DNA from: Acidimicrobiales bacterium
Lineage (GTDB): Bacteria; Actinomycetota; Acidimicrobiia; Acidimicrobiales; CATQHL01
DNA length: 64,000 nucleotides
Direction: 5' to 3'
Assembly: GCA_965237375.1 (NCBI GenBank)
Contig: CBDEFI010000002.1
Location: 197,499-261,498, forward strand
In this document: piece after piece, positions 54,313 through 63,464 of the stretch
Layout: each line of letters starts with the position of its first letter
Numbering within the stretch: the first letter of the stretch is position 1
The notes under the pieces: generated by a model
Told to the model about the DNA's origin: nothing
The model's database searches: none
The model's input: only the letters and a program-made list of their open reading frames with translations
Translations under genes and position numbers: made by a program

Positions 54313-55275
54313 TCAGCAGGCGAGATCGGCTGCCAGTAGCGCAGCGCCGATGGCACCGGCTCGGCCGCCGTAGTGTGCCGCCTTGACCTCGACGGGAGGC
54401 CGGCACCGCCGCTGGACGTAAACGTCCTCCAGCGCCTCCCGCAGCGGGGTCAGAAACACCTCGCCCAGTTCGGACAGCCCGCCACCCAGCACCACCACCT
54501 CGGGGTCCAGCAGCAGAATCAGATTGTTCAGCCCGAGCGCCACCCATCCGGCGACGCCGCGCAGCAGAGACCGAGCGACCGGGTCGCCGGTGGCCGCCAA
54601 CTCGCCGACGTGCTCGCCACGGAGGTCGTCGATGCGGCCGTCGACCCTTGCCAGCAGCGCCGGGGCGCGCCCCGAACGGGCTGCCTCCCGTGCCGCCCGA
54701 CCCAGGGCCGCACCCGAGGCCAACCGTTCCCAGCAGCCGCTCCGCCCGCAGGGACAGGCCGGCCCTGCCGGGTCGACGATCATGTGACCGGCCTCGCCGG
54801 CTAGGCCGCTCGCCCCGCGGCGGATCTCGCCGCCGGCGACGATGGCCGCCCCGATGCCCGTCCCGAAGGTCGCGAAAAGAGCATCGGCGACACCGGCCGC
54901 AGCCCCGGAGGTCACCTCGGCCCACACCGCCGCGGTGGCGTCGTTCTCCACCACCACCGGGCAACCAAGGCGCTCACCGAGCATCGCCCGCAGTGGGAAG
55001 TCCCGGATGCCCGGAATGTTGGGCGAGGTCGCCACGGTGCCCCGGCGGTCCACCAGGCCCGCACAACCCACCCCCACCGCAGCGATTCTCTGCCGGCGCT
55101 CGTGTTCGATGCGCCGCACCATGTCGACGATGGCGTCGGTGATGCCGTCGGAGGTTGCCGGGCACCCACACTGCTGTGCGGTCGTTGCGGCCGGCGCGCC
55201 GACGCCGTCGAGTACCTCGGCCCGGATGTTGGTCCCGCCGACATCGAAGCCGGCGACAAGCCCGCCGGTCAACAC
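54313..55275 (-). CDS. ROK-family sugar kinase (glucokinase-like)
   Basis: N-terminal ATP motif GFDVGGTNIR, and a ROK zinc motif GHMIVDPAGPACPCGRSGCWE. Confidence 0.85.
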   Translation of the reverse strand: MLTGGLVAGFDVGGTNIRAEVLDGVGAPAATTAQQCGCPATSDGITDAIVDMVRRIEHERRQRIAAVGVGCAGLVDRRGTVATSPNIPGIRDFPLRAMLGERLGCPVVVENDATAAVWAEVTSGAAAGVADALFATFGTGIGAAIVAGGEIRRGASGLAGEAGHMIVDPAGPACPCGRSGCWERLASGAALGRAAREAARSGRAPALLARVDGRIDDLRGEHVGELAATGDPVARSLLRGVAGWVALGLNNLILLLDPEVVVLGGGLSELGEVFLTPLREALEDVYVQRRCRPPVEVKAAHYGGRAGAIGAALLAADLAC

Positions 55276-55346
55276 GGAGCGTTCTGCGTGGTCCGATTCA
55301 GCAGGACCGACATCCCGTCACGCCGGGCGTGCCGTGACCGCCAGGG

Positions 55347-55823
55347 TCACGCCTCAGGGGTCTCCGGGTCACCGACGGCACCGGCCTCGGCGCGGCGGCG
55401 GAGCTGCTCGAGGGCCGACTGCATGATCCGGGAGGCGGCCCGCCGCTTCACGAAACCAGGCACCGGGACGGCCAACTCCACGGAGAGGGAGTACGTGAGG
55501 AGCGTCTTGGCATCGTCGTCGGCGGACGGCGCCAGTTCGTACTCGCCATCGATGCGCCCCACCTGGTCGCTCTCCACAAGGCGCCACGCCACCCGCAGCG
55601 GGTTCGATCCGTAGAAGTACTTGAGGGTGTAGGTGGCACTGCGCCCCATGGCAGCCGCCCGGAAGGCCACAAGGCCGGCGAAGCCGTTGTCGTCGCGCCG
55701 CAGGATCTGCACGTCCTTGACGTCCGTGGCCCACTGGGGATAGTTCTCGAAGTCGACGACGATGTCGAAGCAGTCCTCCGGCGAGGCGTTCACGAGGATC
55801 TGTCGTGTGGAGTGGTCAACCAT
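55347..55823 (-). CDS. SRPBCC (polyketide cyclase/dehydrase-like) ligand-binding protein
   Basis: ATG at 55823. ILVNASPEDCFDIVVDFENYPQWA is typical of the family. It overlaps the upstream membrane gene by 8 nt. Confidence 0.75.
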   Translation of the reverse strand: MVDHSTRQILVNASPEDCFDIVVDFENYPQWATDVKDVQILRRDDNGFAGLVAFRAAAMGRSATYTLKYFYGSNPLRVAWRLVESDQVGRIDGEYELAPSADDDAKTLLTYSLSVELAVPVPGFVKRRAASRIMQSALEQLRRRAEAGAVGDPETPEA

Positions 55824-56292
55824 GGTGTCCCTGCTTGGGCAACGGTGAGCGACGGGGAAAGCTGCCACAGGCGGCGCCCCAGAGGCTCATCAGGCCGAAA
55901 CCATACACGCCGGCCAGAATACCGAACGCCAACACGGTGAAGGGTCGCGCGGCGGCGCCGGCCAGTCCGGCCGCGAACTGCAGGCCGAGGGCGACCCGGA
56001 ACTCCAGGCGCAGAGCCCGCGAGGCGCCGGGCATCCCCCAAAAAGCGGTCACGGTGGAGACCTGCTCACGGCGGCTGCGGCCAATCGCCACGAGGTAGGC
56101 CCGTAGGAACGCAGTGCAGCCTGCGGCGAACAGAGCCAACGCCACAATCTGCGCCATGGATCCCAAGCCATCGGGCCATACCGCGGCGGCGACCGTGACG
56201 ACGCAGAACAACCCGGTCCCGGCGCGGTTGGCCACCACGAGGCGCCTGCTGAGGCGTCCGAGCGCCGGAGAGTCCCCTCCCGGTGGCGACAC
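55816..56292 (-). CDS. hypothetical membrane protein (about 4 TM helices)
   Basis: A hydrophobic ORF tightly packed between the GT4 and SRPBCC genes. The start is uncertain (GTG 56292). Confidence 0.5.
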   Translation of the reverse strand: MSPPGGDSPALGRLSRRLVVANRAGTGLFCVVTVAAAVWPDGLGSMAQIVALALFAAGCTAFLRAYLVAIGRSRREQVSTVTAFWGMPGASRALRLEFRVALGLQFAAGLAGAAARPFTVLAFGILAGVYGFGLMSLWGAACGSFPRRSPLPKQGHHG

Positions 56293-56304
56293 GCTAGCGA
56301 CGCC

Positions 56305-57468
56305 TCAACGCAGCACCCGCTCCAGCCGGCGAGCCAGGTGGTCGTAGGAGAACTCGGCCTCGGCGCGGCGCCGGGCGGCCGCTCCGAGGCGGCACCTGCG
56401 GTCGGGGTCGTCCACCAGAGCGGCCAGTGCCGCGGCGATGGCGTCGACATCGGTGGGAGTGTCCACCACCAGACCACTCTCCCCGTCGGACACCGCCTCG
56501 GCCGCTCCCCCGCTGGCGCCCGCCACCTGCGCCACCCCCGCGGCCGCCGCCTCCAGGAAAACGATGCCGAAGCCCTCCTGCTCGAGGCCCCACCAACGCT
56601 TCCGGCACAGCATGGCGAACAGGTCTGACGCCCCGTAGAGCTCACCGAGGCGCTCCTCGGAGACCCGTCCTGCCAGGTGCGCCGGTGCGCCGGTTCGATC
56701 TACCAGTGCACCGAGGCGGTCGCTGTCGCGCCCCGCACCGACGATGATCAGGCGCAGACCCGGCCGGGACGGCGCCAACCGGGCCACCGCCTCGATAAGG
56801 CGGTCCATGCCCTTGCGGGGCACCAGCCGGCTAACGCTCAGCAGCAACGTGTCGTCGTCCGTCAGGCCCAAGCCCTGCCGCACAACCCGACGGCGCTCGA
56901 TGGGTAGTGGTGCGAAGCGATCGGTGTCCACGCCGGGTGGAACGTAGTGCTCCGCCACCATGGCACCGCAGAGCCGCCGGGCCTCGGCTGCCGCGTAGCC
57001 GCTGGCGGAGATCACTATCTCGGCATGGGCCAGCGTGCGCCGCAAAACGGTGCTCACCACGGGCAGCCGGGCCGGTACCGTCACCTCGGCGCCGTGCAGA
57101 ACCACCCCGTAGGGCACGTCCAACCGCGGTCCCAGTGCCCCGACGGGGACGGCCGGGTCGAAAATCACCAACTCGGCGCCCTCCGATGCCAGCAGCCGGC
57201 GGATCTCACCCAGCACCTTCGGGCGAGGCAACAGCAAGGGAGCGGCGCTGCGCACCACCCGGAACTTCTGCCGGCTGTCGAAATCGGTCGCCTCGGGATG
57301 AGGGCGGGTGAGGACGCAGAAGCGATCCGGCGGTAGGCGCCGCCAGAGTTCCCACAGGTAGTTCTGAATGCCCCCCACCTTGGGCGGGAAGTCGTTGGTG
57401 ACCAGAAGATGCCGGCGCACGGATGTCCCGCTGGTGTCTCCGGGCGCCGTCGGGCCGTCACCACTCAT
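56305..57468 (-). CDS. GT4-family glycosyltransferase (PimB-like mannosyltransferase)
   Basis: The ATG overlaps the queG stop (ATGA). The N-terminus LLVTNDFPPKVGGIQNYLWEL and the C-terminal EGFGIVFLEAAAAGV (E-x7-E region) are present. Confidence 0.85.
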   Translation of the reverse strand: MSGDGPTAPGDTSGTSVRRHLLVTNDFPPKVGGIQNYLWELWRRLPPDRFCVLTRPHPEATDFDSRQKFRVVRSAAPLLLPRPKVLGEIRRLLASEGAELVIFDPAVPVGALGPRLDVPYGVVLHGAEVTVPARLPVVSTVLRRTLAHAEIVISASGYAAAEARRLCGAMVAEHYVPPGVDTDRFAPLPIERRRVVRQGLGLTDDDTLLLSVSRLVPRKGMDRLIEAVARLAPSRPGLRLIIVGAGRDSDRLGALVDRTGAPAHLAGRVSEERLGELYGASDLFAMLCRKRWWGLEQEGFGIVFLEAAAAGVAQVAGASGGAAEAVSDGESGLVVDTPTDVDAIAAALAALVDDPDRRCRLGAAARRRAEAEFSYDHLARRLERVLR

Positions 57469-58634
57469 CGGCTCCTCCCGGCCTCGGCGGTCCTGGCGGC
57501 GGGCGCAGCAGGGGCGGGCTCGGGAACCTCGGCGCGCAGCCCGAGACGTCGCGCCGCCCAGACGGCGTGGCGTGCGAGCATGCCGTCGTCGTGACGTACG
57601 TAGCGCGCCAAGGTCTGCGCCACCGCAGGGTCCGAGCCGTCACCGATGTTGCCCAGGACCACCAGCGCGTTGCGCCGCAGGTAGCGGGGATCGCGCGCCG
57701 GGACGTACCAACGCCCGTGGCGGGCCATCAAGTCCTCGTCGTCGGCGGCCAGCAGATCCAGCACGTCCACGCGGGCATCGGCCCCGGGCTCGCCCGGCTC
57801 GCCCGCCCGGCGGTTGGGCGGGCAGACCTCCTGGCAATCGTCGCAGCCGTAGAGCCGGTCGCCGAGGGCCTCGCGGAACTGCTCGGGGAAGTCACCCGTG
57901 GCCTGCACCAGCCACGCCAGGCAGCGGCGGGCATCCACCACTCCCGGCGCCACGATCGCCCCTGTGGGACAGCCGTCGATGCAGCGCCGGCAGGCGCCGC
58001 ATCCGTCGGGCACGCGTGCCACAGCGGCTCGCAGCGGCGCGTCGGTCACCACCGATCCCAGCACGAACCAACTGCCGGCACCCGGCAGCAGCAGGTTGGT
58101 GTTCTTGCCGTAGTAGCCCAGACCGGCCCGGTAGGCGGCCTCCCGGTCGACGAGGGCGTTGTCGTCGGCCACGATCACCGCCCGGTGGCCGCGCTCGATC
58201 AGCACCGACGCCATCTCCCCCAACGCCGTGCGCAGTTCGCCGTACAGGTCATCGGTGCCGTAACGGGCGACCCGTGCCGTCGGGCGCTCGCCGCCGCCCT
58301 GCGCCGCCGGACGGGCGTAGGACAGGGCGCCCACCACGAGGGCCGCCGCTCCGGGCAGGATCCGTGCCGGGTCGGTCGAGCGGGCCGCGTTCCGGTAGGT
58401 GAACTGCATTCCCCCGTGGTGACCCTGCGCCTTGCGCTCGACGAGCACGCGCCGGGTGTCCTCGAAGGGCTCCACCGCCGCCACGCCGACCGCTGCCAGC
58501 CCGGCCCGGTTTCCCGCCGCCAGTACCTCCCGCGCCAACGCCTCGCCGGGTGCCTCACCGGTGGACGCCTCGCCGGGCGCCTCAGTAGCAGGCGTCTCGC
58601 TGCGGGATCGCCCGCCTGCCACAACGGGACTCAT
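57465..58634 (-). CDS. queG: epoxyqueuosine reductase
   Basis: ATG at 58634. There is a DUF1730-like core (RYGTDDLYGELR, GLGYYGKNTNLL), two ferredoxin motifs (CGACRRCIDGCPTGA and CDDCQEVCP) and C-terminal HEAT-like repeats. Confidence 0.85.
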   Translation of the reverse strand: MSPVVAGGRSRSETPATEAPGEASTGEAPGEALAREVLAAGNRAGLAAVGVAAVEPFEDTRRVLVERKAQGHHGGMQFTYRNAARSTDPARILPGAAALVVGALSYARPAAQGGGERPTARVARYGTDDLYGELRTALGEMASVLIERGHRAVIVADDNALVDREAAYRAGLGYYGKNTNLLLPGAGSWFVLGSVVTDAPLRAAVARVPDGCGACRRCIDGCPTGAIVAPGVVDARRCLAWLVQATGDFPEQFREALGDRLYGCDDCQEVCPPNRRAGEPGEPGADARVDVLDLLAADDEDLMARHGRWYVPARDPRYLRRNALVVLGNIGDGSDPAVAQTLARYVRHDDGMLARHAVWAARRLGLRAEVPEPAPAAPAARTAEAGRSR

Positions 58635-58725
58635 GGGGTGCAGCGTAATTCTCCCCTGCGTGCGCGCCCGCATACCCGAGGCCGCAGACAACCCGCGAGG
58701 CCGGCGATGTCGGCGCGACGGAGAA

Positions 58726-58757
58726 GGCTCCACCCCGAGGCGGCTCCACCCCGAGGC
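58726..58757. repeat. 16-bp perfect tandem duplication (ggctccaccccgaggc x2, plus a degenerate third unit)
   Basis: Read directly in the trpD-queG spacer. The units are at 58726-58741 and 58742-58757. Confidence 0.7.
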
Positions 58758-58832
58758 GGCCCGACCCCGCCACCGCAGCGCTTCCGGCAGGCCTGCCGAG
58801 CCGGCCGACGTGCGGTGCGTGGTCCGGCGCGG

Positions 58833-59927
58833 TCAGCCGGCGAGTCGTTGGGAGACCTCCACCCAGCGGGCCAGAGCGGCAGCGGCTGCACCGCTGTCAA
58901 GCGCATCGGCGGCCAGCACCAGGCCCTCGGTCAGATCGGCAGCCTGTTCCCCGACGACGAGACCCGCGGCGGCGTTCAGTCGCACGATGTCCCGCCACGG
59001 CACGTCCTCGCCCGCCAGAAGAGCGTGCGTAGCAGCCGCTCCGGCCGCCGCGTCGCCGCCTGCCAGATCCCCGAGTCCCACCGTCGGCAGGCCCAGATCC
59101 TCGGGGGTGACCGTGTAGCGGTGGATTGTTCCCTCGCGCAACTCGATGACGCGGGTGGGGCCAACGGTGGAGAACTCGTCGAGGCCGGGATAGCCGTGCA
59201 CGACCATGGCCCGCAGGGTGCCCGTCACCGCCAGCACCTCTGCCATGCGCTCGGCGACGGTCGCGTCGTTCACACCGATGACCTGCCGCCGCACACCGGC
59301 GGGATTGGCCATGGGGCCCAGATAGTTGAAGGCCGTTGGTACACCGAGACTGCGTCGGGTCGGCCCGGCATGGCGCAGCGCCGGATGGAACAGCGGTGCC
59401 AGGCAGAAGGCGATGCCGGCCTGCGCCAGGCACGCCGCCACACCGGCGGCATCGAGGTCCGCCACCACGCCGAGCGCCTCCAGCAGGTCGGCCGACCCGC
59501 ACGACGAGGACACCGCCCGGTTGCCGTGCTTGCAGACGCGCGCCCCGGCACCGGCCGCCACCAGCGCCGCCATGGTGGAGATGTTCAGTGATCCGCTCCC
59601 GTCACCACCCGTGCCGCAGGTGTCGATGAGCCGCAGCTCCTCGGCGTCCACTCCCACGTCGACCGCCGCGGCACGCAGGCCCTCCAGCAGCCCCGCCAGT
59701 TCGACGGCCGTCTCACCCTTGGTGCGCAGGCCGATCAGAAGCCCGGCCATCTGCGCGTCGGTCGCCTGCCCGGTCAGCATGGCGTCCGCCGCGGCCCGCG
59801 CCTGGGAACGGGAGAGGTGCTCACCGGCCACGAGGGTCTTCAGCAGCAGGGCGAAGTCCACGACAGTGGCCGTGCCCTCCCCAGCACGTGCATCCTCGGC
59901 GGCCTGTGCGCTGCGGTCTGTGCTCAT
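58833..59927 (-). CDS. trpD: anthranilate phosphoribosyltransferase
   Basis: ATG at 59927. DTCGTGGDGSGSLNIST, KHGNRAVSS and NPAG motifs are present. Confidence 0.92.
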   Translation of the reverse strand: MSTDRSAQAAEDARAGEGTATVVDFALLLKTLVAGEHLSRSQARAAADAMLTGQATDAQMAGLLIGLRTKGETAVELAGLLEGLRAAAVDVGVDAEELRLIDTCGTGGDGSGSLNISTMAALVAAGAGARVCKHGNRAVSSSCGSADLLEALGVVADLDAAGVAACLAQAGIAFCLAPLFHPALRHAGPTRRSLGVPTAFNYLGPMANPAGVRRQVIGVNDATVAERMAEVLAVTGTLRAMVVHGYPGLDEFSTVGPTRVIELREGTIHRYTVTPEDLGLPTVGLGDLAGGDAAAGAAATHALLAGEDVPWRDIVRLNAAAGLVVGEQAADLTEGLVLAADALDSGAAAAALARWVEVSQRLAG

Positions 59928-60126
59928 TCTGTGTCCCTCGATCCGGTCGTGCCGGCCCCACACCCGCCGCCCGGCGCCCTTCGAGTGGCCCGTCGTTGAA
60001 ATTGTGACCCGGGTTAGGCCGAAGTATGCCCGTTGCGATCGCGCCCCCGCTGCAATGTCGGCCGCGCCGCGTCGGGCGTTGGAGGTGAGGAGATTGTCAC
60101 TCGTCGTGCGAGGGTCTGTCGGTTGC

Positions 60127-60296
60127 TCAGTTGGGGGCGAGGCCACCGGCGAGACGCCCGACATAGGCGGCGTCGCTGCCGGCGCTGGCGCGACCAACCG
60201 CCTGGACACTACCCCTGCGTCCGACGATCAGGTCCGTCGGCGCCTCGTACAAACTCGTCGTAGCTCCCCGGTCGACCCAGGGGACGCAGGCCGGAC
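60127..60296 (-). repeat. conserved ~170-nt 3' flank of the RCC1-like gene (copy 1 of 2)
   Basis: Aligns along its whole length with 63295-63464, downstream of the paralogue. It contains the hairpin ccgacg-gacctgat-cgtcgg, and cctgcgtcc pairs with ggacgcagg. Confidence 0.7.
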
Positions 60297-63188
60297 TCAG
60301 TAGCTGTACCAGCAAGCGACCTCGCCGTCGGGGCGGAGTGCGCACGTGTGGTAGGCGCCGGCGTCGATGGCGGTAAAGGGGCCGGGTGGAGGTTCGGTGT
60401 TGGCGGTGCCGGCGGGCGGGTCTATGTAGGGGGGCCACACTTGGAAGTCGGCGGTGACGCCGTCTCCCCAGCAGACCGCTTCGGCGTCGGCGGCGAGCGC
60501 GCAGGTGTGCCAGCGCCCGGCGGTGATCGCAGTGTAGACGCCGGTCGGGCTATCGGTTTGGCCGTAGTGGTTGTCGCCCCAGCAGAGGATCTCACCGGCG
60601 GCGCGAAGGGCGCAGGTGTGTTCGCCGCCGGTGGCGATGTCGACGTAGGGCGCTGCGGCGAGACGGGCCGGCGGGACGCGGGTCTGGCCGTTGTCGCCGT
60701 CGCCCCAGCAGACGGCTTCGCCGTCGGAGCGCAGCGCGCAGGTGTGCTGGGAGTAGGAGGTGTTGCGGTCGATGGCTCTTCGGTGGCTCTCGCCGATGCT
60801 GATGGTTGTGTAGGAGCCGTTTGGCGGGGTGTGTTTGTCGGCGTCGGCGCCCGGTCCCCAGCAGGCGATCCTGCCGCCGCTGAGGTGGATGGCGCAGGCC
60901 CGTTCGATGCCGACAGCGACAGCAGTGAACAAGCCTGACGGTGGCGGATGCGTTTTGCCCCACTGCTCGTCGAGGCGGTAGATGTTCCAGTTGGTGCCGC
61001 CGGCGCAGTCGAGTCCGCCGCCGATCGTGATGCCGCACCAGTAGCCGTGGCCGAGGGTCACGGTCTCGTAGGTTGTGTCGCTGTCGAGTTGCGCTCCCGT
61101 GACGTCATAGACCTCCGTGGTGCCCCAGCAGTCCAGTCGGCCGTCGCGGCGGATACCGCAGAGCCCGCCGGCGGCGAGGGCGACGAACGGCCCCGGTGGC
61201 GGCGGGCTTTCGAGCCAGAGCAACGGGTCGGGTATCCCCTCCGGTTCCAGGGCTTCGAGCCAGTCGGCTTGGGGTCCGATGCTGTCCGTGGCGAGTTCGC
61301 GGACAGAGATAGTGTCGCCTGCGGATTGTCTGTGTTCGGGTTGCTCCGGTCCCGGTCGGCAGTGCAGCGTGTGGTCGGAGCGGATCCCGCAGACCCTGTC
61401 GCTAGTAACGCTGATCGCTTCGAAACGCCCCGGCGGCGCCTGGTCCACAAAGCCTCCCCAACACGCCACATCGCCGGTGGGGCGCAGCCCGCAGCCCTGG
61501 CCCTGTATGCCGCTGACGGTGGTGAATGGCCCGGACGGCAGGGCGTCGGGCGCCGGCGCGTGGTCGCCCCAGCACGCCACCTCGCCGTCGGGCCGCAGCC
61601 CGCAACTGCTGGGGAGGTGCAGCAACACGAACCCGCCAGGGGGATGGAACTTGCCGCCGCCCGGGTCGCGGCCCCAGCACTCCGCCTCGCCATTCGGGCG
61701 GATGCCGCAGGCGTACCCGTCGGCCGCGTAGACAGCGGTGAACAGGCCCGACAGCGGGGTGGCCTCCCCCCACTTGTTGGAGCCCCAACACTCCGCCTCG
61801 CCGTTGAGGCGCAGCCCGCAGGAGAAATGCCGCCCGGCGCTCACCGCGGCGAACACCCCGCCGGGCGCCCGCGTCTCACCGTAGATGTCCGAACCCCAAC
61901 AGGCGGCTTCGCCGCCGACGCGCAGCCCGCACGCATGCCCCGTGCCCACACTCAACGACACGAACGACCCCTCCGCCGGTTCCCACTGCGGTTCGGCGCG
62001 GCCCCTCTCCCGGTCGAGCAGCCCCCAACACGTCGCCCGGCCGCCGGGGCGCAACCCGCACCACAACTCCGGCGATGGCCCCGGCGACACGTCAAGAGCC
62101 GTGAACTCGCCCGCCGGCAGCAGAGACGTCTCACGGCCGAAGCTGTTCCAGCACACGATGTCGCCGGCGACGCGTGCCGCGCAGATCTGCGCCGGCAACT
62201 CGCCGTAGCCGTCCCACGCAGCCGCGACCGCCGTGAACGGACCCGACGGCGCGAACCCCGGATACGCCTCCCAACCCCAACACGGCACGCCCGCCATTCT
62301 CGAGCCCCAAAGATCCGCCGTGCATTCGCCCAGCCGGCGCTGACCCCAACACTCCAACGCCCCGTCGGCGTGCACGCCGCAGGCGTAGTTCCCGCCCACA
62401 GCGACCGATACGAACTGCCCATAGGTCGACATTTCCGCGCCGTAACCGTCCCAGCAGCGCACCTCGCCGCTCACGCGCTCCCCACAGGACAATGCCACCC
62501 ATGTTTGGCCCCCCGAAGAGATCGACGCGAACTTCCCCGCCGGCCCCCACGTGCCCGAACCGGCGTCCCAGCACACCACCTCGCCGCCGACGCGGATCCC
62601 GCACGCATGGGACCATCCCGCCGACACCGCCATGAACTCTCCCACAGGCGGCACCACCTCGGCCCAACCCTCAGCACCCCAACACACCAAACCGCCATCC
62701 GAACGCACCGCACACACATGTTCATTGCCAACAGCGACCGCACTAAATTCGCCCGCGGGAGGCGACTCCAACCCCTCCGGTGATCTACCCCAACACACCA
62801 TTGTCCCGTCGACACGCACCGCGCAGCCGAAACCGGACCCCACGCTCACCGACACGAATTCGCCGACGAGCAACCGGTCCCGCTCCTCCCACACGCCCGG
62901 GCACTCAATCCGCCCGTCAGCGCGCAACCCGCAGACTGAGGTAAGTCCCGCGCTGAGCGACACAAACCCATCGCCGGACGCATCACCGACGCCGGACACC
63001 TCAGGGCCACTGCCCCCGCCGGCGTCCCGAGCCGTCGGCCCGTCGCTTACCGGCGGCGGGCTCTCACCGAGACCTCGCCCCGTTCGGTCGTCGGACAGGT
63101 CACTGTCGGGGTTGTTGGCGGTGCACGACACGGCCAACAACCCCGACACGGCTATGACGCTCACAGCGACCCAGTTGCGGGTTCTCAT
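60297..63188 (-). CDS. exported (probably lipoprotein) RCC1-like repeat protein, about 22 Cx10CW blades, 963 aa
   Basis: ATG at 63188 gives MRTRNWVAVSVIAVSGLLAVSC, a signal peptide ending in a lipobox-like VSC. This is followed by a low-complexity linker and about 22 repeats of the type F..V..G..H(T/A)C(A/G)(L/I)R.DG...CWG(D.N.YGQT). The last repeats are canonical RCC1-type. Confidence 0.85.
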   Translation of the reverse strand: MRTRNWVAVSVIAVSGLLAVSCTANNPDSDLSDDRTGRGLGESPPPVSDGPTARDAGGGSGPEVSGVGDASGDGFVSLSAGLTSVCGLRADGRIECPGVWEERDRLLVGEFVSVSVGSGFGCAVRVDGTMVCWGRSPEGLESPPAGEFSAVAVGNEHVCAVRSDGGLVCWGAEGWAEVVPPVGEFMAVSAGWSHACGIRVGGEVVCWDAGSGTWGPAGKFASISSGGQTWVALSCGERVSGEVRCWDGYGAEMSTYGQFVSVAVGGNYACGVHADGALECWGQRRLGECTADLWGSRMAGVPCWGWEAYPGFAPSGPFTAVAAAWDGYGELPAQICAARVAGDIVCWNSFGRETSLLPAGEFTALDVSPGPSPELWCGLRPGGRATCWGLLDRERGRAEPQWEPAEGSFVSLSVGTGHACGLRVGGEAACWGSDIYGETRAPGGVFAAVSAGRHFSCGLRLNGEAECWGSNKWGEATPLSGLFTAVYAADGYACGIRPNGEAECWGRDPGGGKFHPPGGFVLLHLPSSCGLRPDGEVACWGDHAPAPDALPSGPFTTVSGIQGQGCGLRPTGDVACWGGFVDQAPPGRFEAISVTSDRVCGIRSDHTLHCRPGPEQPEHRQSAGDTISVRELATDSIGPQADWLEALEPEGIPDPLLWLESPPPPGPFVALAAGGLCGIRRDGRLDCWGTTEVYDVTGAQLDSDTTYETVTLGHGYWCGITIGGGLDCAGGTNWNIYRLDEQWGKTHPPPSGLFTAVAVGIERACAIHLSGGRIACWGPGADADKHTPPNGSYTTISIGESHRRAIDRNTSYSQHTCALRSDGEAVCWGDGDNGQTRVPPARLAAAPYVDIATGGEHTCALRAAGEILCWGDNHYGQTDSPTGVYTAITAGRWHTCALAADAEAVCWGDGVTADFQVWPPYIDPPAGTANTEPPPGPFTAIDAGAYHTCALRPDGEVACWYSY

Positions 63189-63294
63189 GGAGTGTGTGGT
63201 GGTGTGGTGGTCAGGTTTCGGAGTCCTTGGTTGGTAGGTCGTCGGGGAGTGGCACCATGTCGATCTCCGGAGCGTCGCACGTGCCGCAGAACTC

Positions 63295-63464
63295 CTCGCC
63301 GGGCGCGAGGCCACCGGCGAGACGCCCAGCGTAGGCGGCGTCGCTGTCGGCACGGGCGCGACGAACCGCCTGGTCACTACCCCTGCGTCCGACGATCGGG
63401 TCCGTCGGCGCCTCGTACGAACTCGTGGCAGCTCCCCGGTCGGCCCAGGGGGCGCAGGTCGGAC
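63295..63464 (-). repeat. conserved ~170-nt 3' flank of the RCC1-like gene (copy 2 of 2)
   Basis: Homologous to 60127-60296. It lies in the 276-nt spacer between the two RCC1-like genes. Confidence 0.7.

Noticed and set aside
57423-59591. 722-aa plus-strand ORF. The same applies to 20289..21704(-), 26038..27594(+), 29415..31193(+), 43595..44725(-), 44497..46101(-) and 60948..62783(+).
   Set aside because: All are antisense or out of frame relative to genes with strong motif support (queG/trpD, ileS, ftsZ, murC, DUF58, the transglutaminase gene, the RCC1-like gene), and all have Arg/Gly/Pro-rich low-complexity translations.
60127-60438. Possible conserved small protein encoded just downstream of each RCC1-like gene (alternate-frame ORFs 60127..60438 and 63211..63735, shared ...YEAPTD.IVGRRGS.QAV...SDAAY.GRLAGGLAP)
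   Set aside because: The amino-acid similarity is explained by the nucleotide duplication. Substitutions between the copies are mostly non-synonymous in this and the other two frames. The only plausible start in copy 1 (TTG) is TCG in copy 2, and the two ORFs end differently.
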